Source: Camelus ferus (taxonomy: Eukaryota). Taken from it: a DNA stretch of 64,000 nt. The position numbers and the translations under genes are program-made. Within the stretch, counting starts at the first letter, position 1. The number at the start of each line of letters is the position of its first letter. The notes beneath the pieces were generated by a model. That model did no database searches, was not told where the DNA came from, and saw nothing but the letters and a program-made list of their open reading frames with translations. The DNA lies in contig NC_045696.1 in NCBI RefSeq assembly GCF_009834535.1, forward strand, positions 42,534,001 to 42,598,000, written 5' to 3'. Below, piece by piece: positions 1 to 14,314 of this stretch.

Positions 1-834
1 TGAAAACAGATGAACCCCAAAGGGCAAAATCAAGTGTGAGAGACAGTCCATGCCAAAGGATGCTCAAAGTCACAGACACATGACAAAGAGCAACCAGGGG
101 CTTCTAGTCCTTGAGCAGGGGTGCTGAGCGGAGCAGAGGACGATGAGAAAACCTGGGATGCGGGCAGGGCCAGCACTGGAAAGTTAGATTAGGAATCCCT
201 CGGATTAAAAATTAAAAGCTGTGAAAAGTGTGGATCTGGACTCTGTACTGCCACCACTAAAATATAGATACATTTACTAGTGAAGAAAAAAAATTCTATT
301 TCTGACAAGCCCCTTAGAAGGTTCCATTAGTATTCTCACCTGAGAAAAATGCAGTCATGTTTTTTGATTTGAAATAGCCTTAATGTGTTTATAATTATAC
401 TCAAATTCACGCATTTCTTCACAATCATTGATTGCTTTAGTCCTAACTAGAAATATCACACGGGGTTAAATGGAGAGTCCACATTTCCTTGGCTCTGTCC
501 TGACCAACATTTCAGGGGAAGATTTATTAAAGGCTTGAGAGAAATAAAAGTAGAAAAGTTTGATAAACACAGCTCTTTTTCAGGAGGGCAATTGAGCCAT
601 GTAAATTAATGAGGCAATGCACAATTACAACAGGAAGAAATAAGAAATGTGGCCCCAGCCAGGATAAGAAACACTGCAACAGTTATATGCAAAGTAGTTA
701 AAATAAATGCACAGAAGTAAATGAATAAAATTAAACATTTGGTATCTCTTCCAAAAGAATCTGCATTCCAAATGGCCATAAAGAAACAATTGTGGGCTGG
801 TGTGGAATTTCATTTATTTTCATTAACTCCTTAG

Positions 835-1038
<204 letters not shown>

Positions 1039-1152
1039 TAATTAACTGTGAGGTGAGATAAACTGCTAGACAACTGTAATTTCACAATAGTTTTCTGTTT
1101 ATTCAACTTACACATGACGGGCAATATTATCTTCATCACTTTTCCCTTTACA

Positions 1153-1154
<2 letters not shown>

Positions 1155-1197
<43 letters not shown>

Positions 1198-1230
1198 GCA
1201 CACACAAACACGCACGCACACATGTATACA
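1155..1230. repeat. (CA)n microsatellite with CACG variants
   Basis: Directly visible. Confidence 0.95.
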
Positions 1231-1328
1231 CTACTGGACATGTTATATTTTCCCATCCGGATCCACTCTGCCCTTCCCTGGCCCATGTGAACAGCATCCC
1301 CTGGCTGCCCCGGCTGAATAGTTTCTGG

Positions 1329-1354
1329 CTGCACTTGTCCAATAGGTGGCGCTG
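1329..1354 (+). promoter_or_regulatory. Candidate CTCF site (intronic)
   Basis: ctgcacttgtCCAATAGGTGGCGCtg: close to the CTCF core plus an upstream TGCA module. Confidence 0.45.
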
Positions 1355-3649
1355 TCCGAGGATGAGTGTGAAGTCCATGCAGCTCTTGCCAGACAAGTCT
1401 CCCCATACTACTACTGAAAGTTCTGGAAACCTTCCCCGAACCCATAACTTGACTCTCTTGTGAATTCCCTCCATCTTTATAAGTAGTCCTATTAAACCTC
1501 CTTAAATTGCCTGTTTGGATACCATTTGCAATATCCCCACCAGTGCGCTCATTTGTGCTCATCAATCTAGTGGACACACCTGTTCATACACATATATTCT
1601 CATGTGTACATCTGTGCATGCATTGTCACACACACTCTCCAAATGGGATATTGCTTAATGAGCATAAACCCAGAGACATACAGAATCAGCTGAATAAAAC
1701 AGACATGCCTTATAAACAACACATACAGAAGTCTGAAAAACTGGTTCCGGTTCCAGCTTTTGTCCTAACAAGATGTAGGACTTGGGAGTTCACTTCTCTA
1801 GGCAAAAGTTTCTTCGTTTTAAAAATAAAGGTTTATAAAAGTAGCCTTTGATACTCTTTCTAACTCTATAGTTCTAAAGTTGTCTTGAAAAACACAGCAG
1901 AATTCTGATTTGGATTATACACTAATAATTTTTTCTCTATTTTATATTAGCCACTATCATTATGTTTCAGTTAGATTATCTTTACCTTTTCTTCCACACC
2001 TCCTGTCCCACAATGAAAAGAAAGTTTTACCTGAAATGGGTAATTAAGCAAAAAGTCACTTGGGCCTGAAATCCAAACAATTGCTTTAATTATTCATTCA
2101 TTACTGTTTGTGCAGACATATTATTATTTTAAAAATAGGCCCTTTAAAATGCAGAAGTTTATTAAATATGAAATTTCAAACTTAGCCCATGCTCCCTGAG
2201 GGTCTGATATGTTTTGAATGGTTTGAAAATGATTGATGTGTGGTTTGTCAAAGGCTCAATTCTTATCTCCATCAAGCTGTCAGAAATAGCTCATAGAATT
2301 ACACTGCATGGAAACTCAGCTCTTGTTGCCAATAATTAGGAATACTTTGGGGTAGGCCCAATAAAAGAAAATAATCCATATTTCTGTGGAGCATATCTGG
2401 GGTCAGTTTGCTGTAAGAAAACAATGTTGAAAGTGACAACTCTCCATGTTGAGTAGATGACTTTTCCTCCTTATTAACTTCCTTACTTGAACCAAATCAA
2501 ATTTAAATATTACAAATTGTAAATAATTTGCTAGTGATGATAATTTTATAACTGACTCAAAATTATTAAGACCTCCAAATCCCAGTAAAGATGGCCAAGT
2601 ACAAGTTTCTAATCCTACCATAACTAACCAGCCATCCGAAGTTACCCCCCACAGCACGTCTAGTCATCCAAAATATCTATGCTCAAAACTCAAAGAGCTA
2701 ATAATGCCTTTGATAACAATGCCTCTGATGTCTTGCCTGGATTTCTTCCTTTCCAATTTCCACCTGTTTCCACCTTGAAGATGACATTTATTTCCCAATG
2801 CACTAGGGTTATCTCTGTCACCTTGGTCTCTCCACCAGCAAAGCCTCCGAAGAATCGTGTTTAAACCTTCCAGTTCCCCTTGATTCTCCTCTCACTCTCT
2901 GTGGGTTTATTTCTGGTAATGTTCATAAATAGCAGTAAGGTGGTCCTTATTTTTGGATATCATGGTGGCCTCACCACCTAGAGGACCATGTGTAAAAATA
3001 TTTACATTATAATACTATAATAATCCATGCAAAAACATTTATTTTAAATTCCATATAAACATAACTCAGGAATCAAGGTCTATCCATCCACAGGCAAGTT
3101 CTATGCAAACTTCATGTCCAGCTTAATGACCAGGGCTCCCTTCTTCACTTTACCTTTACCTTAGTTCCACTAGAATTTATCTCTGCCGATCCTGAGGCCG
3201 ATTTTCGTAGACAAGTCCAATTTCAAGCTTAATTTGCTCTCTCAAAGCTCTCTGATACTTAGAATTTTTGCTGTTTGCTCATTGAACCACTCCTTCCACT
3301 AGATGTCTGGCTTAGGTCAATTTTAATAAATTGTTAAGCCTCAGAACTTCTGTTTTGCTTTGTTTTAATGAAATCAAATACTTGCTGTTTTTTTTCCTCC
3401 CCAACATTGTTAATCTTTTTTGTTAGTTGATTTAGGAAAATATTCACGTCCTCAAAATTCAAAATCCTCAAAATTCATGAGGTGTTCTTTTTAAGCTCTG
3501 AAATGCTAAAACTATTTGGTAGGGAAATGCTTATCGTTGGGTACAATTCTGGAAATTTAAAGGTACAGTCACTGGATAACAGTAGTACCTAATTTTTTTT
3601 AACATAAATTTCTACTCTTGTCCAACTCATGTTTTATGGGTAGCTAATA

Positions 3650-3800
3650 ATTCATTCTAGCATGTTTATTTAGCCCCTGCATGGGACAGACACTTTGCTA
3701 GGAACTAGAGATACAGTAGAGAATAGGTCACGATCTTTGCCCTCTGGGATCAGCATTCAAAGGTGAAGATAGACTATTAACGGACATAACACAGTGGAGA
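3650..3800 (-). mobile_element. L2 3' fragment
   Basis: ttcattc..catgtttattta..actttgctaggaactagagatacagtag..ctttgccctc pattern typical of L2 tails. Confidence 0.6.
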
Positions 3801-5274
3801 GTAAAAAGTTTCCAAGGCTCTCAACTTGAAATATGTGGTTCATTTTACTGCACAGTTAACTGAAGATTTAAAAAATAGTTTTCTTGTGCTCTGAAAGGAA
3901 AAATATTCATTCTGCATATATCTTTGCACTGATGTTCACTTTTCCCATTTATTTCAGCTGCTTATAAGAGAGAAAAGCAGAGAATGGCAGTTTATCTGCC
4001 ACTTTTGGTTTTCAAACTGCCATGGTGTTGCTGCTATCACTTGCCTCCTGTGGGTCCTCGGCTAGCTATGTGTTTTGTTGAAGAGCTCACCAAATTTAGA
4101 ATTCCAGTCTGTTTAAATTCCAGAGGTTTCTTTCAGTGTATATGTATATAAGACTAGCTTGGTCTGAGAGAAAAACAGAAGTGTGTGGTGATAGAAAGCT
4201 CCTCGAAAATGTCTAGCTCCCCTTTCTAGACAGCACTTTGATTTTCTTTTAATTGCAGTGATCCTAAAACTACAGGATACCAGACGCAGCAGATAACAGA
4301 TAGAGTTGTTCTTGCTACCCTTATTCACTATCAAACTACAGTTTCAAACAATATCCAAACATGACACACGCTGATTTCAGCCACCTGCCAAAGGTAGGAT
4401 GCTTTCAGTTTGTCAGAGCCCTGGAACCTGGAGCGGGTGTGGCTCACTTGGCATTTTGTCCCCACATGGAGATTTTGTCCACAGCCAAGTCCTCGTGGGT
4501 GACACCTGGGATGGTCTTCTTACAGAAGTGCTGGTGGTAATGTAAGAAAGGAGGAGATATTCTGACTTCTTTTATTAACCTGAAATTGCAGAAAATGGTG
4601 GGGGCATCCATTATAGAACTTTTGCCTAATTTGGGACACATAAGAGGAAGCTTTCTATTCTTTAACATAAACCTTTTTTAAAGCAAATAAATGTGATTTC
4701 TAAACAAGGACTAACTTTTTAAAAGGAGTTTTAGAGCATTATATATTCTCCTCCATGTTCCAGTGAGGCATCCTTGTCTTGGGAAAGGGGCACACAGATC
4801 TTTTAGATGAATTAGTCACAGTTGCGCATCCCATCTATTTACATGAGAAAGAATTGTCCTTATAGGGTGATGTTGGTTGGAGGTTAGGATTTTCTCAAGG
4901 ATGCCCTATAATGAAAATTTGTATTTTTTTTCTTTTTGTCCTACAGCAGTGTACTGCACCATTCTAAATAATCCTATGAATAAGTGCTCTATGTATTTTG
5001 GACTTTGTACTTCAGGATCAAACAGCAGAACCGTCATTTCTGCCAAGACTCATGTCTGAAAAGAAATGGCATCAGATGTTTTATAAATATCTCACCAGCT
5101 TCTCCCATCAGTTGTTTCAAATACTAATCCTGAAGTTATGTAGTTTGAGATATTCATCTCTTACACTAAAAATATTTCCCATACTTTTATAGTTTATATT
5201 ATTTTAGAAAAAGGACTCTGAAGCTGAGCTTTTATTTAAGCATATGTTTGCTTTGTCATGGTGGCTGTGACAGA

Positions 5275-5400
5275 TGGAGATTTCTCCATCTGCAAAATGG
5301 GGGTAGCAGTAATAGCTAAACCATATGGCAGTTATGAGAATTAAATGTGATAACATATGAGATAGGACTTTGTAAACAGTATGGCATTACACACATTAAT
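5275..5400 (+). mobile_element. MIR fragment
   Basis: catctgcaaaatgggggtagcagtaatag..gttatgagaattaaatgtgataa, the MIR core. Confidence 0.7.
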
Positions 5401-6206
5401 TGTAATAATATTTATACTCTAGAATCAGTCAACTGCACACATTTTATGGTTCAAATAACAAACACAGACACATATACACCCATGTTTTTAAACGCAAATA
5501 TAAAACCTACTCTTTGTACAATCTCAAGGGTTGATTGCTGTATGATTACAAAATGGGTAACAAAAATTGGGAAACCAAGTGAATGTGTTCGTTGCGTCTA
5601 TTACGTTTGCCAGGGAAAAGTGAAAAATCAACAGCTTCAGTCTTTAACAGATGCAAATAAAACCACAATTCAATCTCAGGAGTCATGTTTTCCTTTCATT
5701 TAGTCATTAAGTGTGAATTTATCCTCTTGGAACTTAAAATGATGTTTTTGCAGATTATGATGGGCAAATTGACAATACTTAAAATAGAGTGGCACTAAAT
5801 AATGAATATTTCTCTGTAGCAGAATAACAAATGACAGGTTATAGGGCTCTAAAAAATGTAATAGCTGTTCACAGTTCCTGCCCCCACTAACATGACTGGA
5901 GAGAGAATGATGAAGCAAAGTCGGCAGGAAAGAATACAGCACAGCGCATTTTGTGATTATATTTGTGTGCCCAGGGCAGCGGCAGGGCATGGGCTTGGGG
6001 GAACGGACAGATGATAAAATCTCAGACATATGAAACAGGAAATGGGAAAGCAGATGGTTTAGGGGGATTTTCATTATTATTTTCCCCAGGAAGCTTGTAC
6101 GTGAAGGTGAGGGGACATCTAGATAAAGAGTAATTACAGAATTATAACAAACGTAGGTAAATATTTGGAGTCACAATGCTTTTCTTTTCCTTTTTTCCCC
6201 CTCCAG

Positions 6207-6236
6207 ATGAGACTCCAACCAACAATTCACAGCTTG
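6207..6236 (+). CDS. ZPLD1: ZPLD1 penultimate coding exon, 30-nt microexon (D)ETPTNNSQL(G)
   Basis: Long polypyrimidine tract 6180-6204 plus CAG, donor GTAAGA at 6237; phase 1-1 keeps the frame with both neighbouring exons. Confidence 0.93.
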
Positions 6237-6640
6237 GTAAGATAACTAACATATATTGAAAATGAAAGTATAATTTAAAAAAAATGTTAAGTATTTTTTG
6301 GTGATCAGTTACAAAGCTGTAGTCAACAACATGTAATGAGCCCTGATTTTACAAGTTTGTTATATTGTAAATCACAGTTTACTGAGGATTTCTGAGCTCA
6401 TATGCAACCTGTTGGTCAATTTTTATAGCACTTTATAGATGATTTTTTTTGTCTGCCCAGGGAATACCAGGCCTCTAATATATACAATCCTTTGGCATTG
6501 AACTGAATTATAATCAAATAAACTATAGCACAATCCAGTCTCATGCTGTTATTCTGCAACATACTGATGAAAGATGCTTTGCAGATGTAAGTTGGAATAA
6601 GATGAGATCAATCTGATATTGGACCTTCCACTGTGTGTGA

Positions 6641-6829
<189 letters not shown>

Positions 6830-9215
6830 CTGTAACAGGCTCTCGGGAGGCGTCACTGGCTGTATCGTGTGTAACTGCAGTCAGTGTTCTATCTGAATTG
6901 AATGCCAGCCAGCATTTGGTATTTGTAGGTTTGAGAGATTTCACAGTGTAGCTTGTCAGCATGACGTTAGTGAGAGAATTGTGATAATATTGCTCTTGTC
7001 ACTTATGTTTGTGGTCAGCCCTATTTGTATGGCACCAGTGGGTATACTGACAATAAGCAAACACCATTCAGGACTTAGTTCTTAGTCATTATTTCACTTT
7101 ATTTCAATTTTCTTTTGATTAGTGGTTTTATAGATAAAAGATAGGCATAGAAAAAAAAAGAATTTGTTGCATTTTATCCCTAAGCATTAAAACCTGTTGT
7201 GATGGCATTTAGATTTACATTTGTGGTCCTGAAATGAAAGTTGCTTTTTGTTTTTTTCCAGATAATTGCAGCTTGGGGATATGTTTTAATTGGAATGGCC
7301 AATTTAGACACCCGAGATTTAATTTCTCATTCTATGACCTCCTATGTTTTTGGCTGATTTCCATGTCTGAAGACATTCCTTTAAAAAAAGAAGAAGAAGA
7401 AGAAAAGAAACCTCTTAAAATGTATCTTAACCTGGGGGAAGCATCCATTTGTGTGGCAAACAGTAAAAATAGTCGTGAACTTCCAAAGGATACTAAGTGA
7501 CCCTAGATCATTATTCATTTGCTCCAAATGGCTATGATCCATTTTCTCCTTCTGGTTCAAGTGGAACATCAGCACACGTTCACTCTGCTCCCGGGTAAAC
7601 TACACCAGCTGCCATTGCAGCTGCGCTCCTGGCAGTGCAGCAACTGCCAAGACGATTCTTAATTCAGTAACCGTTACCTGGGAAAGCAGACAGCAGTCGT
7701 GGGAAGAGGCCGTTGGCCCCACACACAAGCACGGCGTTCCTGTTTGCATTTTTAACAACCTAGGTTCCTTTTTTCTTTTTTTTTTTTTCTGTTTTTCTCC
7801 TAGAACAAAAGGAAACAGGTTAAATGTGCTTTGCAGAGCTTTGTTCGCATCTCTACAAAAAAAAAGATTCCCTTTCTTACAAATTTCTGATGCAGGTAAG
7901 ACATACGGTCTGGAGGAAGCCTACCTTTTAAGGTGTCTTCTTGAAGGTGTCATGATTGCCATGGAATAAACAGTATTTTCCTCTAGCAGTAAACTGCGAA
8001 AAGCATTTTATCCTTTATCTGTTTTTCAAAAAGTTTCAAAAGCCAAGTTTTAAGCCTATATTCTTACCAAGAAACAATCTTTCCTTTGTTCAATCTAGCC
8101 TTTGCGCAACTGAACACATAAAAGGATTCAGTGACAAACACCAGAACCCGGGATGCACAGCTACTAAAAGTGCCATTTTTCACATAAACATTGCTGTAGA
8201 GATGAATTTCCGTTTAACATTTGTGACCCATTGTTCAGGACTTAATTAATTTACTGAACTACATGCAGATCACTATGCAATTTTAGATTTGTTTCAAATG
8301 AAGTGCCTATGCTCTGAAGTTAATAATTAAATCAATCGTCAAATCAAAAAACACCTTTTCTCCAATTTGCCCGACTAGTTCAGAAGAAAATATTTGTATT
8401 GCAATAATCAGCTGTATAATTGCCTCAACTTCTTCTTTCAAGGTGTAGACACAGCCAAAGGGAAATGGCATCTGGAAAGTCTCCAGTTAATTTCTTCAAT
8501 GTAACAAGGTCTAACACTTAAAAAGCGAATCTCCTCTTCCTCATGTTACTTAAAAATAACTTTGAAGTGACCATTCTGAACTTTATCTGTGTTAGCAAAT
8601 TTATTTACTAATTTAAAGGGGAAAATCCTACAGAAAAAAAAAAATGGACCATGCCACTTATGTGACCCTCTGTATACATGGATAGTATTGAAATATCCTG
8701 GTAAATCTATTTCAGATACTTTAAGTGAATTGCCATTGATCCGAGGATTAAATCCTGTGAATAGGACACTATATCACTGAAACTGGTTTGTCAGTTTGAT
8801 TTTTGTGCTTTGGGGATAATTACTGTTTCAGCTGTTAACCTGTTAAATTCTATACACCATTTTATAAAACTAAATAATGGACGTATCATTTTGCAAGCAA
8901 CTTAAATCTCATATATTTTTTGCTACCCTTTCATCATAAATGGGAGATCCACAGCTCTAGTGAGACAAGCCAGGTTTGCTTTATATAGCTTTGTTCTTAC
9001 AGACCTGCAGTTATAGGTTGTACTGAGTTATAGTGTGAAATTATTACACAATTATTATAGTGTGAAAAAAAACCTTACAAAATATGTGCAAATGTTCCTT
9101 CAGTTTTAATACCTCAAACTGTTTTTTTTTTTTTTTTTTTTACACTTCAGGGGTAAGGTCTGATGACATGTAAACAATGATTGTTTAATAAAATAATTGT
9201 AAATGAATATCTTTA
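6830..9215 (+). other. ZPLD1: ZPLD1 3' UTR (end approximate)
   Basis: Follows the stop codon; AT-rich and free of recognisable interspersed repeats up to the AATAAA at 9187. Confidence 0.6.
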
Positions 9216-9275
9216 AAACAGTGGCCTTTTCTTGTTTTTTTTTTTTTGTTGTTGTTGTTGTTGTTGTTTTGTTTT
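9187..9275 (+). terminator. Probable main polyadenylation signal with U/GU-rich downstream element
   Basis: AATAAA at 9187-9192, followed ~35 nt later by T-runs and (GTT)n at 9227-9275. Proximal alternatives are ATTAAA at 7186 and AATAAA at 7965. Confidence 0.55.
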
Positions 9276-9686
9276 TAAGATAGTTCTCCATCCTCCTCTC
9301 AACATTCTTGTCAGCTGTGGAAAATGTGAGGCAGTGAACTTCTTGAAGTGAGAAAAAAACAGGAGAACAAGTAGGTGGGAGATACTTGTTTGTGAACACT
9401 CATGAGGCATAGAGTGAAGACATCTCAGAGGACCTGGCAGGAGAGAATTGTCCCAGGATGGGGAGGCTTCTATCCTGACAGCGGGGGCTATGAGGCTAGC
9501 AAACATTTGCTTTCATTTTATATTTATAAGAAAAATAGCAAGCTGACCATAGATCAATTGCTTTTGCAAGTAAGATTCCTCAATTATTTATAAGTGGGGA
9601 GACATTTAATACAAAACAATCCAAATTTGTAATTTAGAAAAAAATATACTTGGGTTGTAAATGAAGCAAACACCAGGGTTAGCTGG

Positions 9687-10176
9687 TGTATTAGCCCTGG
9701 TTCTCCAGAGAAAAAGAACTAATAGGATGTATGTATATACAGAGATTTATTTTAAGGAATTGGTTCACGTGATTATGGAGGTGACAAGTCCCAAGATCCG
9801 CAGTGGACAAACCGGAGACCCAAGAGAGCTGGTGATGTATGTCCAGTCTGAAAGCCAGCAGGCTCAAGACCCCAGGAAGAGCTCTTGTTTCAGTTCTAGT
9901 CCTGAGGAAGGAATAAACTGGTGTCCCGGTTAGAAAGGCAGTCAGGTGGGAGTAATTCCCTCTTAGTTACGGGAAGGTTAGCCTTTTTTGTTCTATTCAG
10001 ACTTTCAGCTGATTAAATGGGTCCACTCACATTAGGGAGGGCAATCTGCTTTACTCATTCATTCAAATGTTAGGTCTCATCCAGAAACATCCTACAGACA
10101 CACCCAGAGTAATGTCTGACCAAATGTCTGGGCCATCCTTGGCCCCAGTCAAGTTGACACAAAATGAACCATCACA
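9687..10176 (-). mobile_element. MLT2-type (ERVL) solo LTR
   Basis: Termini tgtattagccctggttctccagagaaa ... cagtcaagttgacacaaaatgaaccatcaca; TG...CA ends; near-TSD gctgg/actgg. Confidence 0.85.
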
Positions 10177-12039
10177 ACTGGCAGATTTGTAAACACACTA
10201 TCAATATGTATCACGCTGCTAACATACTGAAACATAAAGGGAATTAATAATAAAAGTATTACAAAACGTAACAGTTTCCACATGAAATGATTTTGAAATA
10301 TTTAATGTCTGGAGGCAGGGCTTGTGGGCAGAGTCCTCTTTTATAGTAGTTAAAAGGATGGATCAAATAGAAAAAAGACAGGGCCATGAGTAGATGGTGA
10401 GTAGTGTGTTCCAAAATTGCCCTGCATTAGCCCACATTATCAGGAGAAACAGGGCAGAAGGAATCCTAGCATCAAAGTCCTGGTTCGACCTATGTCCTGC
10501 AGCATTGGTGCTGAGGGTGCTGGTAGCCACGGCGTGGAGGGAGTGGTGAAGTTAGCAGTGACAACAGACCAGAAACAGTGAAGAACATCAGGCAGCAAAG
10601 CGGAGACAATGGGGAGCAAGTGCACCAGGGGAAGTGCTGGACCCTGGGAGGAGAGGCAGCTTCTTTGGTAGCAGTTTCTACCTAGTTCACCGATAGAAAC
10701 AAAAACAAGCCTCTGGTTGCTGTTACCCATATTCCTCATGATGGTGACTTGTCTTGTCAAAGAAAATGCAAACTGGAAAAACATAAATTAGGTTTTCATG
10801 TTTGTGAGAGTATCTTGCCTGGTAGCTTGTAAAAAGTGTCAGTCTTTGCAAATTTGAAGAACAGGGGAGAACTAAAATAACCTTGATTAATGCCCCATTT
10901 TGCTGAGATAGCCAGGAGACAATTGGTTTGGGGAGCATCTCTTCATGGGTACTAGACATATTATTTGGAAATCTCTGTTCAGTAAACTTCATTTAAAAAT
11001 GCTTTGTATTCTTGGCAAAGTGAAATTGAGAACTCAGATGATTATCTGCCCTGTCAAACCTCCAATTCCCTTTTGCCTCAAGTATCTGGATAGGTTTTGT
11101 TTTACTTAAATGGCCAACATAATTACCTCATTTTCCCTTTCATTTTCTATGTTGAAAAGAGAAGTAACATCATTATATGAAGGTTTAATCAAAGGCAACC
11201 TGGCCCAAATTTTGAGGTTAGTTTCCAGCAGGAGCATAGCTGTATTAGAATTGCCCGAAGCAGAATCTACTACTGGATAATCCTGCTGGTTTGGCTAATC
11301 AGCTGACGTTGGAAGCACCTGGGAGAGTGTGTGACAATTTCATGCAACTCTGACTCAAAGTTATACAGATCCTGAAGCTATTTCTCCTCTGGTATGTAGT
11401 TTTGCAAATTCAGAAATTATTTACCACTTGGGGATTGGACCTGATTTTATTTTATAAGCTATTGTTTTGCTAACATATATTTTGTTGTTTATAAAATGAG
11501 ATGGCAGAGAATGATGCAGAGTCCTGGTGAGAGAGAATTGAACCCAGCCATCTCTCTTAAATCCTGTGGAGATAAATCACAATCTTTTTGCATCACCCTC
11601 ACTCTTGAAACACAATATGGAGCATTAAAAGATTTACTAAAACTTTAATGCTTTTTTTCCAGTTTGTCAATGGATCCGTAACGAGAATTTCTCTTACTTC
11701 TTACTCCACCATCTCTGGTCCCACACTAGCCCTTGTCCTAGGGTCCAAAATGGAGAAGGGTCCGAAGTAGAGGCAAAGTAGAGGCAAAGATGGTCAGACA
11801 CCATCAATAGTTTAAGGAAATTTCCTGGAAGCTGCCACAGGAGACTTCCTTGTACTTCACTGGCCAGAACTCCGTCACACAGTCACAGTACCACAAGGGT
11901 GTCTTGGGAACTCTGGGTATCTGTGTGTCCAGCTGTCACCAGAGGATCTGACTTAAACCCATGTTACTCAAATAGGGTCATCATTTTACTCACAGCTTTA
12001 AAACATTAGATACATTGATTTATGTACAAGGATGTTATA

Positions 12040-12270
12040 TATAATAATATGTAAATATATAAAATCAGTTATAGAAAACCTCTACCCAGTGGGAAAATGT
12101 TTATGCTATAATATAAAAAGAAAAAAGCAGAATACAGAAACATATATATAACATGAGCACATAGAAAAGCAACAGGAAGGAAATTGATCAAAAGATTAAC
12201 TATGGTCAGTTAGGAAAAATAATTGATTTTTATATTAGTCTTCTTATATTACTCTCTAGCATGTTTTATT
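12040..12270 (+). mobile_element. Old L1 (L1ME-like) 3' end fragment
   Basis: gggaaaatgtttatgctataa..aaaaagcagaatacagaa..ggaaggaaattgatcaaaagattaac. Confidence 0.5.
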
Positions 12271-14314
12271 TCTTTCTTTTTGAGAAACTATCCAGATTAA
12301 TTTAAACCAGAAAGGAATTTTAGTGGTATGGTAATTTGGAAGTTGAGGAAAATGTTTTGTCTATATTACTGAAATAATTGTATCAGTTCTCAGCTTTATT
12401 TCAGCTACTGAAAAACAAATTCTTTGTATCTAATCTAATGAGCATATACAGCAAGAAAACAGAAATCCAAACCTGAGAGACAGTGAAAATGCAACTGCTT
12501 TGTTTATTCCTAAGCGACTAACATTTTACTCAACATGCAAATAGTCTGCAATGCACTTTAGATTATACGGTGGCAGACACTAAGCAGGTTTGAGAGAACT
12601 CTGGCTTCTATTGACAGCAATGGATGAGCTCTCTGACTCATTGTTTTTCAGTTGTGCATTTGTTTTGCCCACATCACTAGCATTTATTATGGTCACACAG
12701 CCAGGCTCACTCCGACACTGAGTTTGTGCTCTGGGAAATGGCTGAGAAGCATCATCGTCTTCATTATGTCAGCCATGAAAATTATGTTTGTCTGTTCTCT
12801 CTGGAGTTGATGGCTGGAATGTTGGAAAACAGTATCAAGGCATTTTCCCTCTCACCCTGAGGGAAAAAAAAACAACACATGCCAGCATTATTTTTTTATT
12901 TTACTAATAACCTGTTTTCCCCTTGCCCTTTAGAGCTGAGAAAAGCTGCATGTAATGAATGCTTATTTGTACATAAAGGCAATTTCCAGAATAAGGATAA
13001 TGCCACTGCCTGTCAATTCTTGAGAGAAATGGCACATGAAACAGACAGAGAAATTCTCCAGATTACCCCCTTTTGTTGAATGCTACTCATATTTTGAAGT
13101 AAACAAATAACCATTTTCTGTGCATTTTCACCTCACCCCATCGCCCCATCAGAACAGTGATAATTGCTTTGTGGACTCTTCGTCTTCCCTCCATTACCTA
13201 CTAAGTACCCCTTGGAAGGGGGTGGCCAGGACGGCACTGTAAATACAGCTCTGAGTTCTCAATTCCCGCAGATCTGAGCAAAAAGGCTGCAGCAGCTTCT
13301 CTCCCTTAACTCATGAACTTTATGTGTTCAATTTTTTTCCTCAAAAAGGGATCTTCCCTCAAAATGGCAACCAGCGAAAGATCTTTATACATACATACAT
13401 GGTCTGAAATAATGCCTTGAAGACTGTGGTTTTTCCCACATTGTCAACTGTAGGGTTCAAAGGGGTCGCATCTGGCCTCAGCTTAAAGATCATCATTTTT
13501 CTTTCTTCAGAGGGGATTAAGAAAATAACAGAGCCAAGGGTAGCACATCGATGTGTCCATTTGGCTCTTCAGTTCAAATTACGTCCCCCAGTACCTAAAC
13601 TCCGTACTAACTCTAAATGGAAGGCAAGAAGCAAAGCCTAATGTGCTGTTTTAAATGTAGGTGGAAGAGAAGACGTTGAGGCTAAATTTTAAAACCACAC
13701 CAGGATATATTCATTCTGCTCTCACATTTAAATAATGCTCACATTAAATAATTGTTCCAAAGGAACTGTCAAGATGAAACAGTCAGTTACAGCTTCCCCG
13801 AGCTGAGCTCTGACATCTATAAAAGTCTACGGCTCACAGTGAAGCTATGAAAATAATTTTTTAAAAAACTCATTTGCAAAACATGAGCAAAACCTTATTT
13901 CTGTCTGATATTGGCAGAAAAATGAGCATGTTTTATAGTATTGATTAGACGAAGCTTTCGAGATTATATTGATCATGCAGGGCTAGCCCAAAGGATCTGA
14001 GCCAGGTGGGACAAAATTGAGTTTTGAGGACCTGTGCATAAATTGCAAAGGTATAGGCGTTGTAGCTTTAACTTTTAGCCTAGATATCATCTTTATCTGT
14101 GCTTCTTTTGCTCAGGGAAAACGTGGGACTGACTATGAAAGGCAGAAGCTCGTACTCAGTGCCTAGAGCCTCTTGGGGGTCGTCTTGACGTCGAGGGACT
14201 GAGCACTTTGCTTGTGAAGCAGGTTGCTCACTCCAGAGAGGTGATATGGGATTATGGCCAGCACTGGTGTGCCGTTAAGAGAAAAATAATTGGAAACTTG
14301 CGATAACTCTAGGA

